NCBI GenBank assembly: GCA_002633005.1
Contig: NMRA01000513.1
Location: 200,315 to 264,314, forward strand
Length of the DNA stretch: 64,000 nucleotides
Direction: 5' to 3'
DNA from: Phoronis australis
Taxonomy: Eukaryota; Animalia; Phoronida
Translations under genes and position numbers: made by a program
In this document: positions 1 through 13,849 of the stretch, piece by piece
Layout: every line of letters starts with the position of its first letter
Numbering within the stretch: position 1 is the stretch's first letter
Notes under the pieces: model-generated
The model's input: the letters and a program-made list of their open reading frames with translations, nothing else
Told to the model about the DNA's origin: nothing
Databases searched by the model: none

Positions 1-200
1 GCCTAGCCTCATCATCCTTCTTAGTCTCATCATCTTGCCCAGTCTCATCGTCTTACCCGGCCTCATCGTCGTGCCCGGCCTCATTGTCGTGCTTAGCCTC
101 ATTGTCGTGCCCAGCCTCATTACCGTGCCCATCCTCCCTACCGTGCCCATCCTCGTTACCGTGCTCAGCCTCGTTATCGTGCTCTGCCTCATTATCATGC
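1..200. repeat. 18-bp minisatellite (consensus about GCCTCATCGTCGTGCCCA), ~11 degenerate units, running off the window start
   Basis: Recurring cctcat(c/t)(g/a)tcgtgc units at an 18-nt period; it produces periodic ORFs on both strands (LIVVPS / HDNEAG). Confidence 0.85.
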
Positions 201-329
201 CACTGCCTTTTCCTGCGGCTGTACCAACTTGCTATTTCAAGTTTAAGTCTATTAGTCATTTAGAGTGTTGTTGTTCTGTTACGAGTCTGAGCTGATATCT
301 AACAGCATTATGGATTTATACTAAGTATC

Positions 330-790
330 ATTATTATACTAGTTCTATAATAACTGTTACTGGCACTGTCGCCACTACTGCTACTACTGCTATTACAAAC
401 TGCATTTGTAACTTGCTAATACTACTATCACTTCTATTGCTAACTGTTACTCCTAACTGTCATTACTATACTTCCACTAACTACAACTTACTACTACTAG
501 TGTCGCTACCACTAACTGCTATTGTAATGTATAATTGATACTTCTAACAACACTGATACATGTTGCTTCTACTGTCTGAAGCTGATACTATTACTAACTG
601 CTACTACCATTAACTAACTACTACTATTAACTAACTATTACTATTATCTTGTATGATTAACTGATACTACAGCTACTGTTACTGATATTGTGTTTGTTAA
701 TTACTAATAAGTAATACTAATAACTGCTACTAATAACGGTTACTAACTACTGCTACTGACTATGACTACCATTACAGTAAACTTTTACTA
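330..790. repeat. Low-complexity (ACT/TAC/TAAC)n-derived tract
   Basis: Dense degenerate actact/tactaact/ctgcta repeats. Confidence 0.75.
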
Positions 791-1546
791 GTAGAATTTA
801 GTACAGTAGTGCTGATTTGTACAGCTGAGTCAATTAGAGCATTGTAGGCTAAGTTTTTGCTCAAGCACACAGCTACACAAACCCAGTAGTGCACAGTTTA
901 ACAGGTTCCCATTAGTTAAGCTTCTAATTTGCTTATCAGTCACGTTTATTACTACATCAAAGACAACAGTTAGTTAGTGTTACATGACCCCTGATACTTC
1001 CATTTTCTGTTTTTCGCTGAAACGCGGTACGACTTCCAATAGAGCGTAGTATTGGCAATAGTCTGATATAATGTGTGCCCGTATATTGAGAACCAGTTGA
1101 TGCCAGATATTTAATGGAGAAAACTGGTTCTCAAAATTTGGGCATGTTATATCAGACCATTCCATAGTATTCACCAACTTTAAGAGTGGAGTATCACTTT
1201 TCACTCATGCTGCCACATATCAAATGTCCCTGTTCACGATCTTACCAATCAGATGCCTTAGAAATCATAAACCCCGATCACGAAAAGAACCAGATGAGGT
1301 CAGTGTATGAAATAAAGCAGGTAAGAAAAAGTTGGTCTAACATGACATGAAAAAATCAGAGTAAAGACATAATTATCAATGATAGTATTTTTTTAGTAAA
1401 AGACCGATACCTTGGGTGTATCGCATCATGTAGACCTCAGAGATCAATGATGCCTCTGGCATTTTGCAGTATGACCTCTCTCCTATCAAGATCAGTTCGT
1501 GTTTGTGTATTGTTAAAATATTAAGCATTTTTATTTTTCATTCCAG

Positions 1547-2382
1547 GTGATGCTGACATGTCAGGTGTTCCTAACTCATCTATGGGGAAGACGAGGACAC
1601 GTCAGGTGAAGCGCGTGCAGACCTACAGTGAAGAAGTGGACGCGCGAATGGAGAAGGACGAGAAGAGGAGACAGGAGCAGAGGGTTGTTAAGGCCAACAA
1701 CGAAGTGTTCCCTTTTAAAATGGGTAAAAGGGGTAGGAAAAGGTTGAACAGTATACAGGCGGGGAAGGATGCGAAACGTCGTCGGCAAAGAAAAATGAGC
1801 AGAGGGCATACAATGAAGGCACCTCCGTTGTCTTCCTGTAGTGATCAGATGGAGAGCGCGTTTAAGCCGGACTCCAGTACACCCGGAACATGTTTGGAGA
1901 ATGGTGATGTACTAGAAAAGAAGAAAAGTGAAGATTCAAACATTCGAGCAATACTGAATAGTACGCTGGTTAGTGCTTCCACCAGTGCTAAAGGGAATCT
2001 GAATGCTGCGGTTGGACTAGCTTTATCTTCAACCAAGAGCAAGCAGATTGCTGTTACCAGAAAAGTTGAAAATTCCGTTCAGCCGACTGCACAACCCAAC
2101 ATGAAGCACAAAGCGATTGTGTTGAAGTTACCGGCATCGTCGCAACCATTCCAGATGTCATCGGATGTTCTGAATCAGTTGATCGCCTCTGCAGGCCTGG
2201 GTTTGGGTTCGGGTCCACTCTTGCCCAGTGGGGTCAGCTTTCAGCTGCCAGCCTGTGACTCTGGGTCAGAGAAGAAGGAGGATAATGGTGAAAAGGCAGA
2301 CGATGCAGCACAACAGGAGAGAGAGTGTTCTTCGGAAGGGACTACGGTTTCTAAAAATGATCTTCTTTCTGATAAGAGTTAA
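1547..2382 (+). CDS. Orphan coding exon/ORF (274 aa from ATG 1558), basic NLS-rich N-terminus and low-complexity C-terminus; possibly the last exon of a nuclear protein gene
   Basis: Strong acceptor tttttatttttcattccag| at 1546, candidate upstream donor AG|GTAAGA at 1320/1321, 825-nt open frame that is more GC-rich than its flanks, KRGRKR and KRRRQRK clusters. No family recognised. Confidence 0.55.
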
Positions 2383-3619
2383 GGGCATTCCTACGTAAGC
2401 AATGGTTCTTCTGAAATTAAGGAGTGCCAAGTATATGTCTGACCGGATCTGCGGTTCCTGTGTGAGATAGCTTCCTTTTTGATTTTTCTTCGAACCACCT
2501 GCTTGCATGGTTCTCATGAGAAAAGGTGTTTACTGTTTGTCACAATGATAGATTTTCTGCGGAGATTGTTACATTGTACATGTCCAACCTGTCTGTGGAT
2601 TCACTATCAGCAACTGCTTGATTTCATTCTGAGGCCGTGGTACTGCAATTCTCCCGTTACGATTTTCATTTTTCGAAGGCTGGTTAGGTTATTGCAAGCA
2701 ATGATAAATTTACCAAAATTTATTTCCTGCCTTCGAAACGGTACAAACCACGCTAAGACCTAAAGTTGTGTAGGTGAGTTCTGAGCCCAGATGTTTCGGT
2801 GCTCATTTGGACAGTTTTGAACTCCAAGTTTCATGACCGTTGTGCCCCGAGGAACTGCAGATTTTGGTTGAGTTATCATATAGGAGTCTTTACTTTGACT
2901 GACTCAGTGTTTTGTGTTTGAAATCAGTGCTGTACCCTTTTGCCTAATCTTGGATGTTAACCCAAATGGTTCATTAAGTGATTGGTTGAACTATGTCTTA
3001 GATCTTTTGGTGAATCGTTTGCGCCAGATACCTGGCTCATTCATTGTTGTTGCAAACATTATCTCAAACCAGTAGTCTGTGCTCGGTGGTTTTCAGGTGG
3101 TGTTGAATTCATCGTGCCCCATTTTGCGTCTGGTTAGCGGGACGGTGCATTATTTTGTTGACTTCATAGACTCTGACTTTGTTGTTTTTTTTTTCACGTG
3201 AGCTCTTCCTTTTCTTATAATGAAAAGTATCTTAGAAATGACTGGTTTGTGTTTTACTTCTGCTTGTTTGTGTATCACGGCGTTGGTAACCATGGACTGA
3301 TGTCAATCCTGGAGATATCTAAGCCTTGACCAACACTTACATTGTATTATTGACCTTATCTGATTTGGTGCACCAAAGATTGTGTAAACGTTACGGCGTT
3401 TTCCCGTTGCTCCCAACTTGTTCGATTCTATAACCCAACAGCAAATTGGGAAGTTTACCCCCCGTAGCCAATATCTTAAAGGACTGATTAACTCCAGGGC
3501 TCTTTTGTTTGATAATTGCGCTAATCTCCGATCAGATCGTATCCAGCCTGACTGGGCTGTGCTGCTAAAAACGGAAGTTAAGTTATAACATATTTGAACG
3601 TAAACCAACAGCATTTATA

Positions 3620-4560
3620 AATTCCTTGTCAAATGCAGCTCATGTTTAGTTTTTGAATCACCAAAATCGTCCAACTACAATAGAAGTTAAGACCATCCAT
3701 TCTGCCAGGTTTCAATAACTCTTTGAAGCCTGTGACAGTAAGTGGTCTGCTTGTTATCATACAGGACAATCGACTGTGCTGGGTAGTTAACAAAAGAGGC
3801 AGATGTTATCGCACGTTCAGCACCCGTCACGTCAGGAAAAGTTGCTGAACGACATAACGATGTCGTGTCACTGTAGCCGCTTCAAATGTTCAGCATAGAA
3901 ATGTAGCCTGTCTCTGTTTGCTAAATTGGTTTTGACACATTTTTATGACTTGTTCAAAGGATCCTGTGCCCAGTGTTGTTGTGTTCGAATGAGAGAACAG
4001 TTGCCGTTTGTGGGCATCCTGGATGGCCTTGCAACCAATCAATGGCAAAGCGGGGGTTCTTGGCTACTCCGGGGGTTGCATCTGGAAAATTAGTAAACCC
4101 GGCACCCGCCTTGTTCAAGAGGACTCCAAAAAGTAAGCTTTTGTATGATTTCCAAAAGTACAATCGAACTTTCAGGTGACACCTCTGATGTTCGGCGACA
4201 CGACCTCGCCTAGGATGGTGCTGTGCTCTTTTCTCACTTAAGTTGGCTTGGCAATGGTGTTGCTGGTGGTGTACGTCTATTAACTTTATCGAAAGACCAA
4301 TCTGGGTAACCACAGTTATAGCTTCTTTGGTCTTGTCATTCTCTACCAATTTGTAGCATCTTCCAAACTTTTCCGAATAACTGACATGGCCTATCAAACA
4401 GGGATCTGTAATCACCCCCGAATTCGTGGATGAATCGAAAGCTGCATGTTCCGAGTAGAAATTCAGCATGGGTTTCTTAGGGAACACCAGAACCATGCCA
4501 TGACCAGACTTTTTGTACAAACGAAGTACACTGGGTCATGAATGGGAAGGTGTTGTCCCT
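3620..4560 (-). pseudogene. Decayed virus/TE-like coding sequence, tentatively Polinton/Maverick major capsid protein-like (copy 1)
   Basis: Intronless frameshifted reading: KNPRFAIDWLQG then AERAITSASFVNYPAQS then FKEL. From memory this resembles the PRxxIVGxQ...FD...NxxxYP series of Polinton capsid proteins. Not verified by search. Confidence 0.3.
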
Positions 4561-4907
4561 CTTTTGCCTTGTTCGTGGCCGGATTTTATGCTCAAGGGGC
4601 GGATTCAGGATTTTCAGTTAGGAGGCATAGGCGGATTTAGGGGGGAGGCCCGCCCCCCCCCCCCTTGGCTGCCGCAAAAAAAAATAAAACAGTAAGAGCG
4701 TAGGGAAATGGTGAGTTTGTTAATTAACCCCGGTAATTAAAATTATACGAATGAAAAAAGATTTAAATGTGTGCAGTTTTAGTGTTGGGGGGGGGGCTCA
4801 AATCCAATTTCAAGTGTCAAATCCGGAACACGGCGCGTTCGTAACGGAACTATGGCTAAGTATAGAATCTCCCGCGATATCCTAGGNCGTATACCAATAT
4901 CATTTCT

Positions 4908-5905
4908 GAATTCCTTGTCAAATGCAGACCATGTTTAGTTTTTGAATTGCCAAAATCGTCCAACTACAACAGAGGTTTAGACCATCCATTCTGCCAGGTT
5001 TCATTAACTCTTTGAAGCCTGTGACATAGTAATTGGCCTGCTTGTTATCATACGGGACAAACGACTGTGCTGGGTAGTTAACAAAGGAGCCAGATGTTAT
5101 CGCACGTTCAGCACCCCTCACGTCAGTTGCTGAACGACAGAACGATGTCGTGTCACTGCATGTAGCCGCTTCAAATGCTCGGCATAGAAAAATAGCCTGT
5201 CTCTGTTTGCTAAATTGGTTTTAGTGACACATTTTTATGACTTGTTCAAAGGATCCTGTGCCCAGTGTTGTTGTGTTCCGTCGAATGCCGAGAGAACAGT
5301 TGCCGTTTTGGGGCATCCTGGATGGCCTTGCAACCAATCAATGGCAAAGCGGGGGTTCTTGGCTACTCCGGAGGTTGCATCTGGAAAATTAGTACACCCG
5401 GCACCCGCCTTGTTCAAGAGGACTCCAAAAAGTAACCTTTTGTATGATTTCCAGAAGTACAATCGAACTTTCATGTGACACCTATGATGTTCGGCGACAC
5501 GACCTCGCCTCGGCTGGTGCTGTGCCCTTTCCTCACTTTGGCTCACTGGTGGTATACATCTGCTAACTTTCTTGAAAGACGAATCTGGGTAACCACATTT
5601 ATAGCTTCTTTGGTCTTGTCGTTCTCTACCAATCTGTAGCATCTTCCAAACTTTTCCGAATACCTGACATGGCTTACCAAACAGGGATCTGTAATCACCC
5701 CTGAATTCGTGGATGAATCGATAGCTGTTCCGAGTAGAAATTCAGCATGGGTTTCTTAGGGAACACCGGAACCATGCCATGACCAGACTTTTTGAACCAA
5801 CGACGTACACTGAGTCAAGAATGAATGGGATGGTGTTGTCCCTCTTTTGTCTCTTTCGTGGCCGGATTTTATGCTCAAGGGGCGGATTCAGGATTTTCAG
5901 TTAGG
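4908..5905 (-). pseudogene. Second, diverged copy of the 3620-4625 segment (after the N join at 4887)
   Basis: Colinear match to 3617-4625 with substitutions and indels; ORF 5235-5642 repeats KNPRFAIDWLQGHPGCP. Confidence 0.5.
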
Positions 5906-8900
5906 AGGGCATGGCGGAGTTTTAGCCAGGATTTTTCCCATCAGACAGTCGCACCCCCGAGCTGCCAAATGGAATCTGGGAGAATTTTAGGGGAGCATGG
6001 CCCCTTGCTCCCCCCTCCCAAAAAACCACCACTGTACTCCCATAGGAGGTCACATTGTTCAGATCGCCAGTCAACTCAGTGTGGAGTGGTGTTTATCTTA
6101 ACAATTTCCAGAATGTTATCCGGACATAACATCTCTAAAGGTGGGAAGTGAATTGATATTAACAGATGCAGCGGCAATGGCTTTAACGGCAAGTGTTTCA
6201 CAAAAAATAGGATTAGAGTGAAAAAGGGCTACCCAGCTATTCCAAATATCTGCTAGAAACAATTTCATTGAAAGAGAAATACGCCGAGACAAGATAAACT
6301 CCAATAACTCAACAACATCTTTGAGAGTCAGTTAAGTCTTGTTGAATTAAGCAAATCCAAGTCATTATTTATAGTCTTGTTTTAAGACATTTAGAATCCG
6401 GGGTAGGGAGAACCTGGGCCGGGAGACAACACTATTGAAGATGGCGTGGACTGGGACACAGACTTGGCTGTAAAAAGTAGACATAGTCTGTTACGTCGCC
6501 GGCGTCAGTATTTAGCGATTGTTGCCGGGACATTTACATGTATATGTAAATGAACTGTTGTGTTGGCCGGGTACATTCAAATTTTCGGACCAGGGTGCGG
6601 CAGTCGAGAGCTAGCCGTGATAAAGGTGTAGACGTGTCTACATGTAATTTGTTTGGACTCAGAGGGACGTTTGCGCCGACAGTGAAAACTTGTAACATTC
6701 AGCGGACAAAGTGGGGACCGCAAGATGATGGTGTTCAAAGTAGAATGCTGAAAGGAAGGTACTGACCACAATAGCACTGTGCACGAAGTGTTTGAAATGA
6801 TAAGTAGTGAACTCTGACTCAGTAATACTACTTTGGGTGCCACATGGGGGTAGTCGACCCAGTTACGATACTTAGTTTTTGTGTGTAAACGTCTTTTAAT
6901 GTCCGAAGTTTCAATATTAAATTTGTTGTTTCTTTTAAACTTGTTTTTCTAATGAATCGTCTAATTAAGGTCACGTCGTGACATTGCATAGCATTATCAA
7001 TGCCTGTGACAACAGAAAAATACGGTAACGTTATGAATAGAAACTGGGAGTAATTGGTCCTAGATAGAAACGAGCGCCGCTATGTTCACTTCGTCCTACC
7101 TTCCACCCAATGTACATTTGTACAGTAGAGAATCAATGGGGAATCGATTCAACCTAGGCTACTCAAGTCCACGGCCGGCGCACCACCTGCCGGTCAGTTG
7201 GTGACCAAGTCGTGACTGAAACTGTGAAGGTATTATAGTTTGAATTGTCTGTAATACGGAACTTCTTTAGTAGTCGCCAACTGAATACACTGAATATGGC
7301 AAAGGATCCAATGTTAGAGTTAGTAAAAATTGTTTGTCCTTCAACAAAACTTGGTAGGCCTATGGACGGTGTTTGGCATTAAGTACAAAGCGCGAGCACT
7401 CGGTATTTAGAAATTTTTCAGTTCTGTTCTTTGGTAAAAGGCAAACACTGTTTGTCTTACAAAAACGAACGACAGCAAATGAGAGCCTCTTACCGAAAAC
7501 ACCAACGTTTCAATCATTTCGGAGGAGTTTTTGGGTCATTGTAAAAATAATGTTATTGCTTGTTTTAAGGGCATACCATGGCAGCCGATTATTATGTTTT
7601 CGATGTCGTTCGTCTTTTAAATCCGTGCCATTGCTTTCAATTCTATTTCAATTTGCATTGGCATGAATTTTTCAGCATTTTATTTTTGTTTGATTTTACT
7701 TCATTTCTGTTTCTGTTGACAAAGGACGTTATTGTATCGAAAATTTCAGTTGATCCATTCTTGTTGTTTTATTTACCTATTTATATTCAGCATATTGAAA
7801 ATGCAAAATTTCAGAAATTTCATGACGCAATCCATTATTCTTAACGTCACCGTTTGTACTAAAAGACTCCTTTCGTCATTGTTGCTGAGTAACGCATTAC
7901 GTCATCGCTTTGTTATGTCAATTTGTTTTGGCAACTCTCCTCACAACATCTTCGACCGTCAAGCAGTCAAGACGTGTCTGGTGATCGCTCTGGCCATGTA
8001 GATCGCGATGCGCATGCTCAGCTGACGTGGTCGTTACCGGGACAACGCCTTCCATGATGCGCAGGTTAGCAACTGATTACTTTATTGGACAATATTCCTT
8101 CAAATACTAGTAACTCAAAGACTGGTCTACATGCAGGCCATAGTGAACGAGGTTGTCCATCCTTTTTGTAGACGCGTCAGGAAATTACCAGTTAGACATG
8201 GTTCCATTATTTTTTGTAGGTCTCTGGACGAAGCTTCCCGGAGTGAGCAGATTAAACGAAGGAGAAGCTATCCAGCTTTCCTACCCTGATAATTTTGACT
8301 CGCTCGAAAGACGCAATCGTGGCAGAATATAGACCACTTGAGTGAGAAAGTGTGTTTGACGTGTGCTTGCACCAACTACATCTACTCCCTCTCGTGGCCT
8401 CTATAGATTCTCCAGGAAGGAGAGAAACGGAAATCCCAGTACAAACGCACCCGAGATATCATCAGTTGTACTGCGATCGGCATATCCAGTGGTAGAGTGC
8501 ACCGTGTGATCTGACGCTGTTACGACAAAGTTATTTCACTTTCTGAATCATCTATTTCAAGTGAACAAAATTTGTATCTTTACGATTTCCCATCGACATG
8601 CAATGGAGCTTGTTGTTGTCCATGTCCGTTGACATCTATGAAAACTGACCATAAAGTAGTCTTCGAAGAGAGGTCGCGTCGTTCTCGGAATAAGACGAGA
8701 TTCATATTGCACGTCGGGCATAGGAAATTCATGGCTGTCGAGTGTCATATAGTGAGGCATCCCAGTCTGGTTATTGCCCGCGACGAAAAGTGATAAAATA
8801 CTGTGCCCTTGTCGAAGTAGAGTGGCCATTTCATTCACTTCAAAGTGACAAAATCACTTAATGTTGCAGATCATTACGATTAGGAAAACTACGCGCGAGA

Positions 8901-11900
8901 AAGTCGAAAAGGTGAAAGAAATAATGCATGGACTTTGAAGAACATGTTGATACAAGGAGGTTTCAGATTTGATTTATAATGAGAAGAAAACGGCAAGTGA
9001 GCCAACTACGTGTTCAAAGAAAGAAGGAGCAGAAGGAGGGTGGATTGAATTTATAAGTACTTTTTATTTTAATTTTATACAAAGTTTATAAGTACTTTCC
9101 GTCACCCACATAAGTTTTAACCAATGCCTACTGGCAAAATCTGGACGTTATAAATTCGTGATTCTCGATCATTCCACAGTTGCGTCGACAGACCTTGTGT
9201 GGTTAAATTTTGTTGATAAACTACCGTAGCACCATTTACATGCTTGGTGGTAATCAAAGTTGATGGACTGTGGACATCGTCTTATGATCAAGAGACTGAC
9301 TGCTACCTTCCGTGCACGAAATCGGCACGTGTACGGGAGAGGACCCTTTTAGACAGAAGACGGTCTAATTGTAAGTGGCGTATCATAGCATCATACTACA
9401 GTCAGAAAACGCGGAATAACGTCTGTAACGAAAGACCTCTGTGTTATCAAGAGAACTTGCGCACTTTTAAATTGTAATTGGTAGGGTTTAATTTTGATTG
9501 ATATACATGTACTTTTACTATACATGTTTATATTTTATTCTAGTATATCATATTAATCATTTTACTGTATCGTTTTCTTACATTTATAAGTGGTTTGTAA
9601 ATAAAAACTGAGAAAAAAATGACACGTGTATTACAGGTTCACATTATGCGCATGCGCATCATGGTAGTCAATTCACTGGATATTCGAGAACGCTGTTGAG
9701 TTTTGGCAAAAATGAAATGTTGTAAGCACCTGTAACCACTCCAGCCCCATGACCATGTTTCAGTAACACACAACAAGGTATTTTCATTGCCGAACGACGA
9801 TGTCATAAACGTGACTAAATTCGTTTGATATAATTGTAAGATAAAATGTCGAAGATAAAATATCAAAAACACTGTTATATTTTTCTAGAATATTTCGTTT
9901 TATGCAACTTTTGATTTTTCATGAAAATCAGAAACTTGGCTTATTTTTGAGAGCCTCTCATAACAATGACAGCATTTTAAACGCAATTCTTTTAAGTATT
10001 TTGGAGAACACTGTGTTACATTTTCACGTGAATCCGATCATCCAAGTCTGAGAATCGATGTTCCGAAGTGAGCCAAATTTGTATCTTACTAAGTTTCACG
10101 GGCTTGTACACATTACGCCATAACTTCCATAACGCCATAAACTCCCAAATTGCAAATCACAGACATTGTCGAAAATTCTTCTTGAGAAATTGTTACGTTT
10201 ATGACACTATAATATTAAAAATTAATCGAAGTCAAAGACAGCGGTTCAGGCCTTTGCAGCTACCAAAAATTAATGAAGTCTGGTAGGTCAGCTTTGATGG
10301 CAAATTTGTGGAGTAAATTACAAACGATGGTCAAAACAGTATAATTTTAGAGGTTCAGAAGTTTGTCCTCTGTCCTTTTCTAACCGGATACGGAGGTCCC
10401 GCCAATATTTAAGACGAAATCCTGGCTCTGTGAGAAATTTTAGCACGAATACAGGTACCCTTCAGTCCAATGGAATATAGTTGGTACTGACATTTTTCAA
10501 ACTAAATTTTTACTCATTAGAATATTTGGACTCTTGTCTCCTGCCTGGTATCGGGGCAGTCGTGAATTTGTAATTTTAGGGAGAAAGTGCCGAAATTGAA
10601 ATTTGGTGTTTTTTTTGCAATGTCGTTTTTTCTGGTGACCATAGCAAAGTACATGGCTTGTTGAAATCCTTCATCTTTGGGAAACCCATGGATTGTACAT
10701 TCTGTAAGTTACGTCCTTTTCGAGGGTGTAAACAAAGGCTTTTGCATGTATTTACCAAGACCAGTGACAACGTCGAGATCAGCCATTCGAACTCTGACCA
10801 TTGCCCCCTAATAAATGTGCCAACAATAACACTCGCAGGTACTCTCAGGGTTTGTTGTTTTTGAAAACTTTGTCGCACTCTTACTGTACCCCAGTTGAAT
10901 ATTCTCTTTTGGTACTTATTTACATGTATTCTTAAAAATGCCTTACTAAGTGACCTACTTGGTAGCGATTTATTTCTCACGAATGTGATGTTGTTGGCGT
11001 TATGAAATATATTTAGTCAATGCGAATCATCTAAGTCAAGAGGTTTCTTCTTCTGCTGTCTTACCGGAAATGAGGTCACATTTTGTATCTCTGCAGTTGT
11101 GATTGCCCATCACTTTTCAACAGTGCTTAGTATAAAGTCATATTCAAATCTGATGTTTCGCGCTTTAATTTAACACCATAATAACAAAAATCTCAACGCA
11201 TAATCCTTTTTCAAATTAGACAGTACATGTATGTTATTTAAAATAAAGAATAATATTCAATTGTTTTATGAATTTTCAATGACGTAAACTTAAGGTTTTT
11301 GCCTTTTGTCAAACTGTGCCCAAACCCTTAGGCTATCGAACTGGTCGGAATAGAAAAACCAAAAGTGTTATTAGCGCTAAATGGTTGGATTAACGCGACT
11401 ATGTCGTTTTGACTTCTTGTCCTTCGTTAAAAGATTCGTTTCTCACCCCTGAAATCACAATGTTCCCATAATTATCACGGAATGACAGCATTGTCCTCAT
11501 GTGTGTTTGTATTGATGAATGTTGCTGAGAGTTTTTAAGAAAATGTTGCACTGCCCTGAAGCTGTATTGGTGACACTTGATTCAGACTAGGAACTAAGTG
11601 ATGCGACGATAGGCCTAATGGAAGCATGAAGTTGGAATTCACGCGTCCACTTTTTCAGCCAAGATTTTTATTGTCTGCGCGCGCATACAGAGCGGAAGAG
11701 TGAAATGAACGTGTTGTTTAAGAGCATGGCGTTCCATATTCCTATACCCCGCAACTCGGCTCAGTCTTTGTGATTTAGTACATGTAAGTGCCTCGGGGAA
11801 ATAGATGTATTCGACATGTGATATGCAGAAACGACGTGAAGGTTTTGGCGCTTCTGCTGTGCCGTGTTCAGTCCTCTCGTGCTGGCAGAGTTGAGATTGA

Positions 11901-13845
11901 CAGTCCCAGGTTTTATTTGATGTCATACAGTTATTCGGCCATAATTATACACGATTTTCAATTTTCAGTAGATTTTTCAAGTGCCGATACGCTGGAGTTA
12001 AACAGATTACCAATTTTCAATAGTCCGATGTCACATCCAGTTACATTTTTGAAAACCGTTATCATCTTATTTTTACGGCATCACCCATAACGAGGAAGAC
12101 GTCGCCATGGTAATTTCTCCAAAGTGGTTTCTTTGTTCAGACTGCGTTCTGGTCTTGGATATTATGTGTTGAGAAGAAATTGCTCCTTATTTTGCCACTT
12201 GGTTTAATATGGTAGCTACCCACATTACAACACGCCATGGAATCACGTGACATGAAAAGCTGCAAATTACCTCATGACATACTAGGGTGCATCAAAGGTT
12301 GCTGAAAAAATTTTGCTCTCATAAATTTCATGTTTCAATCATGTGGTGGTATTTCTGTGTCATTTCATTTCCACTTGAGAATGAAACAAGCATGTTTCGA
12401 AATATCGTGTGTCATTTAATCATATCTCTTGGTCAGTTGCTTTACCAATGTTCTGTTGAGTGTTGAACTTTGTTCCGAGGATACGAACGGAACGGAATAA
12501 AGATCGTTAATAACCACAAGTGTTGTGTGTTTTACAAATTTTACATAATTCTCCGAAAACTTGCTCCCGAAATACAGCCACCCCCGTAAATGAAATATTG
12601 GTAAGCGTCTGCTGGAAGGTGTCAAGTTTGTTGAGATCTTGTGTTCGATTTCTGAGAATACCTCCATTCTGATAATCCAACTGTAAACGTCTGCCTCCAA
12701 GCACGATCCACGTTTTATGTACATGTAAATGTGTGGCAGAAATGGGCCTGTTCATTTTATGAACGATTCACCTTTAATTCATGAATGTACCGTACGACTC
12801 GTCTCAACGTGTAAAGTGTGCATGCCAAAATTACACTTTTCTTTTGACTGAACATGTTTGATTCCATACAAAATTTTTCGTCGAATTTGAGCAACATGAA
12901 ATTTCTTTGAAGCACCAAAATGTACTTAAATGAAAAGCGCGCGTTTTGAGATTTCCTATTGCCAAGTGATATAAAAAAACAAGACTAAAACACAGTCAAA
13001 CTCTGCGTTCTGGGGCGTTTGGTAGGCGACCACCTCCGTGGGCACAAAATTGATTGGCTGTTCTAGTGTGAATGTTACTTGTTAGAGTGTATTTTAATTT
13101 GCATATCCGGGGTTGACTTACCAGAACGTCCCATGTCCACCATTTCCTGGTGCCAGCCAGTGGGCAAATATCACTTTGTGGAAAAGAGTGTGTGATTGCC
13201 TATTGCGATGACGAGGCTGTCGTCTGCTTCCAATTGAACACGTGCAGTGCTGATATATATTTTCAAAGATAAGAATCTATTTCAAAATGTGCCGGTGACT
13301 AATGCACAAATTTTTAGTGAATGGAAGAAAAAAATCGTGAGTGCCAGTCAAATTCATGAACTAAATAACACAATTTGTAACAACAGGTACTGTTAAAACG
13401 TCAGTTATTGGAAATATTTAATTGGAAATATTAAAAGACTGTGTATTCTCAAAATCCTACGGAATCTTCCGTATACATGCACAGCTATGGTTTGGACTAT
13501 GCCACACTCACGTGCATATCAAAAATATAATACAAACAACCAACAAGAACAGGTTTGCAAACAACTTTCGACATAGAGAGAAGACGACTGACCGATATCA
13601 AAACAAATGCCGAATTAAGTTGTAAACTGGGCATAGTCCATGTTTCTTGAGAAACACGCGCAACTACGTAGTGTGTACGACATTTTCACTTAATCCGACG
13701 TCCTCTTCTTGATCTTGAGATGGCGCGTAAATTGCTTTTTGTGCAGGAAAGTTGTTTGTGCGCCCTGTTAATGGTGGTTTTCGATGGCCGTCAGCCGTTC
13801 GTTCCGTAGTCTTCTTTGTGGTTAGAGGTTTTTGATAACAAAGAC

Positions 13846-13849
13846 TTAA
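13846..13849 (-). CDS. Gene A terminal exon (1 coding nt + TAA, then 3' UTR)
   Basis: Minus strand tttttttctttcag|T TAA completes the TC+T Ser codon of exon 14944-14732. Confidence 0.6.
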
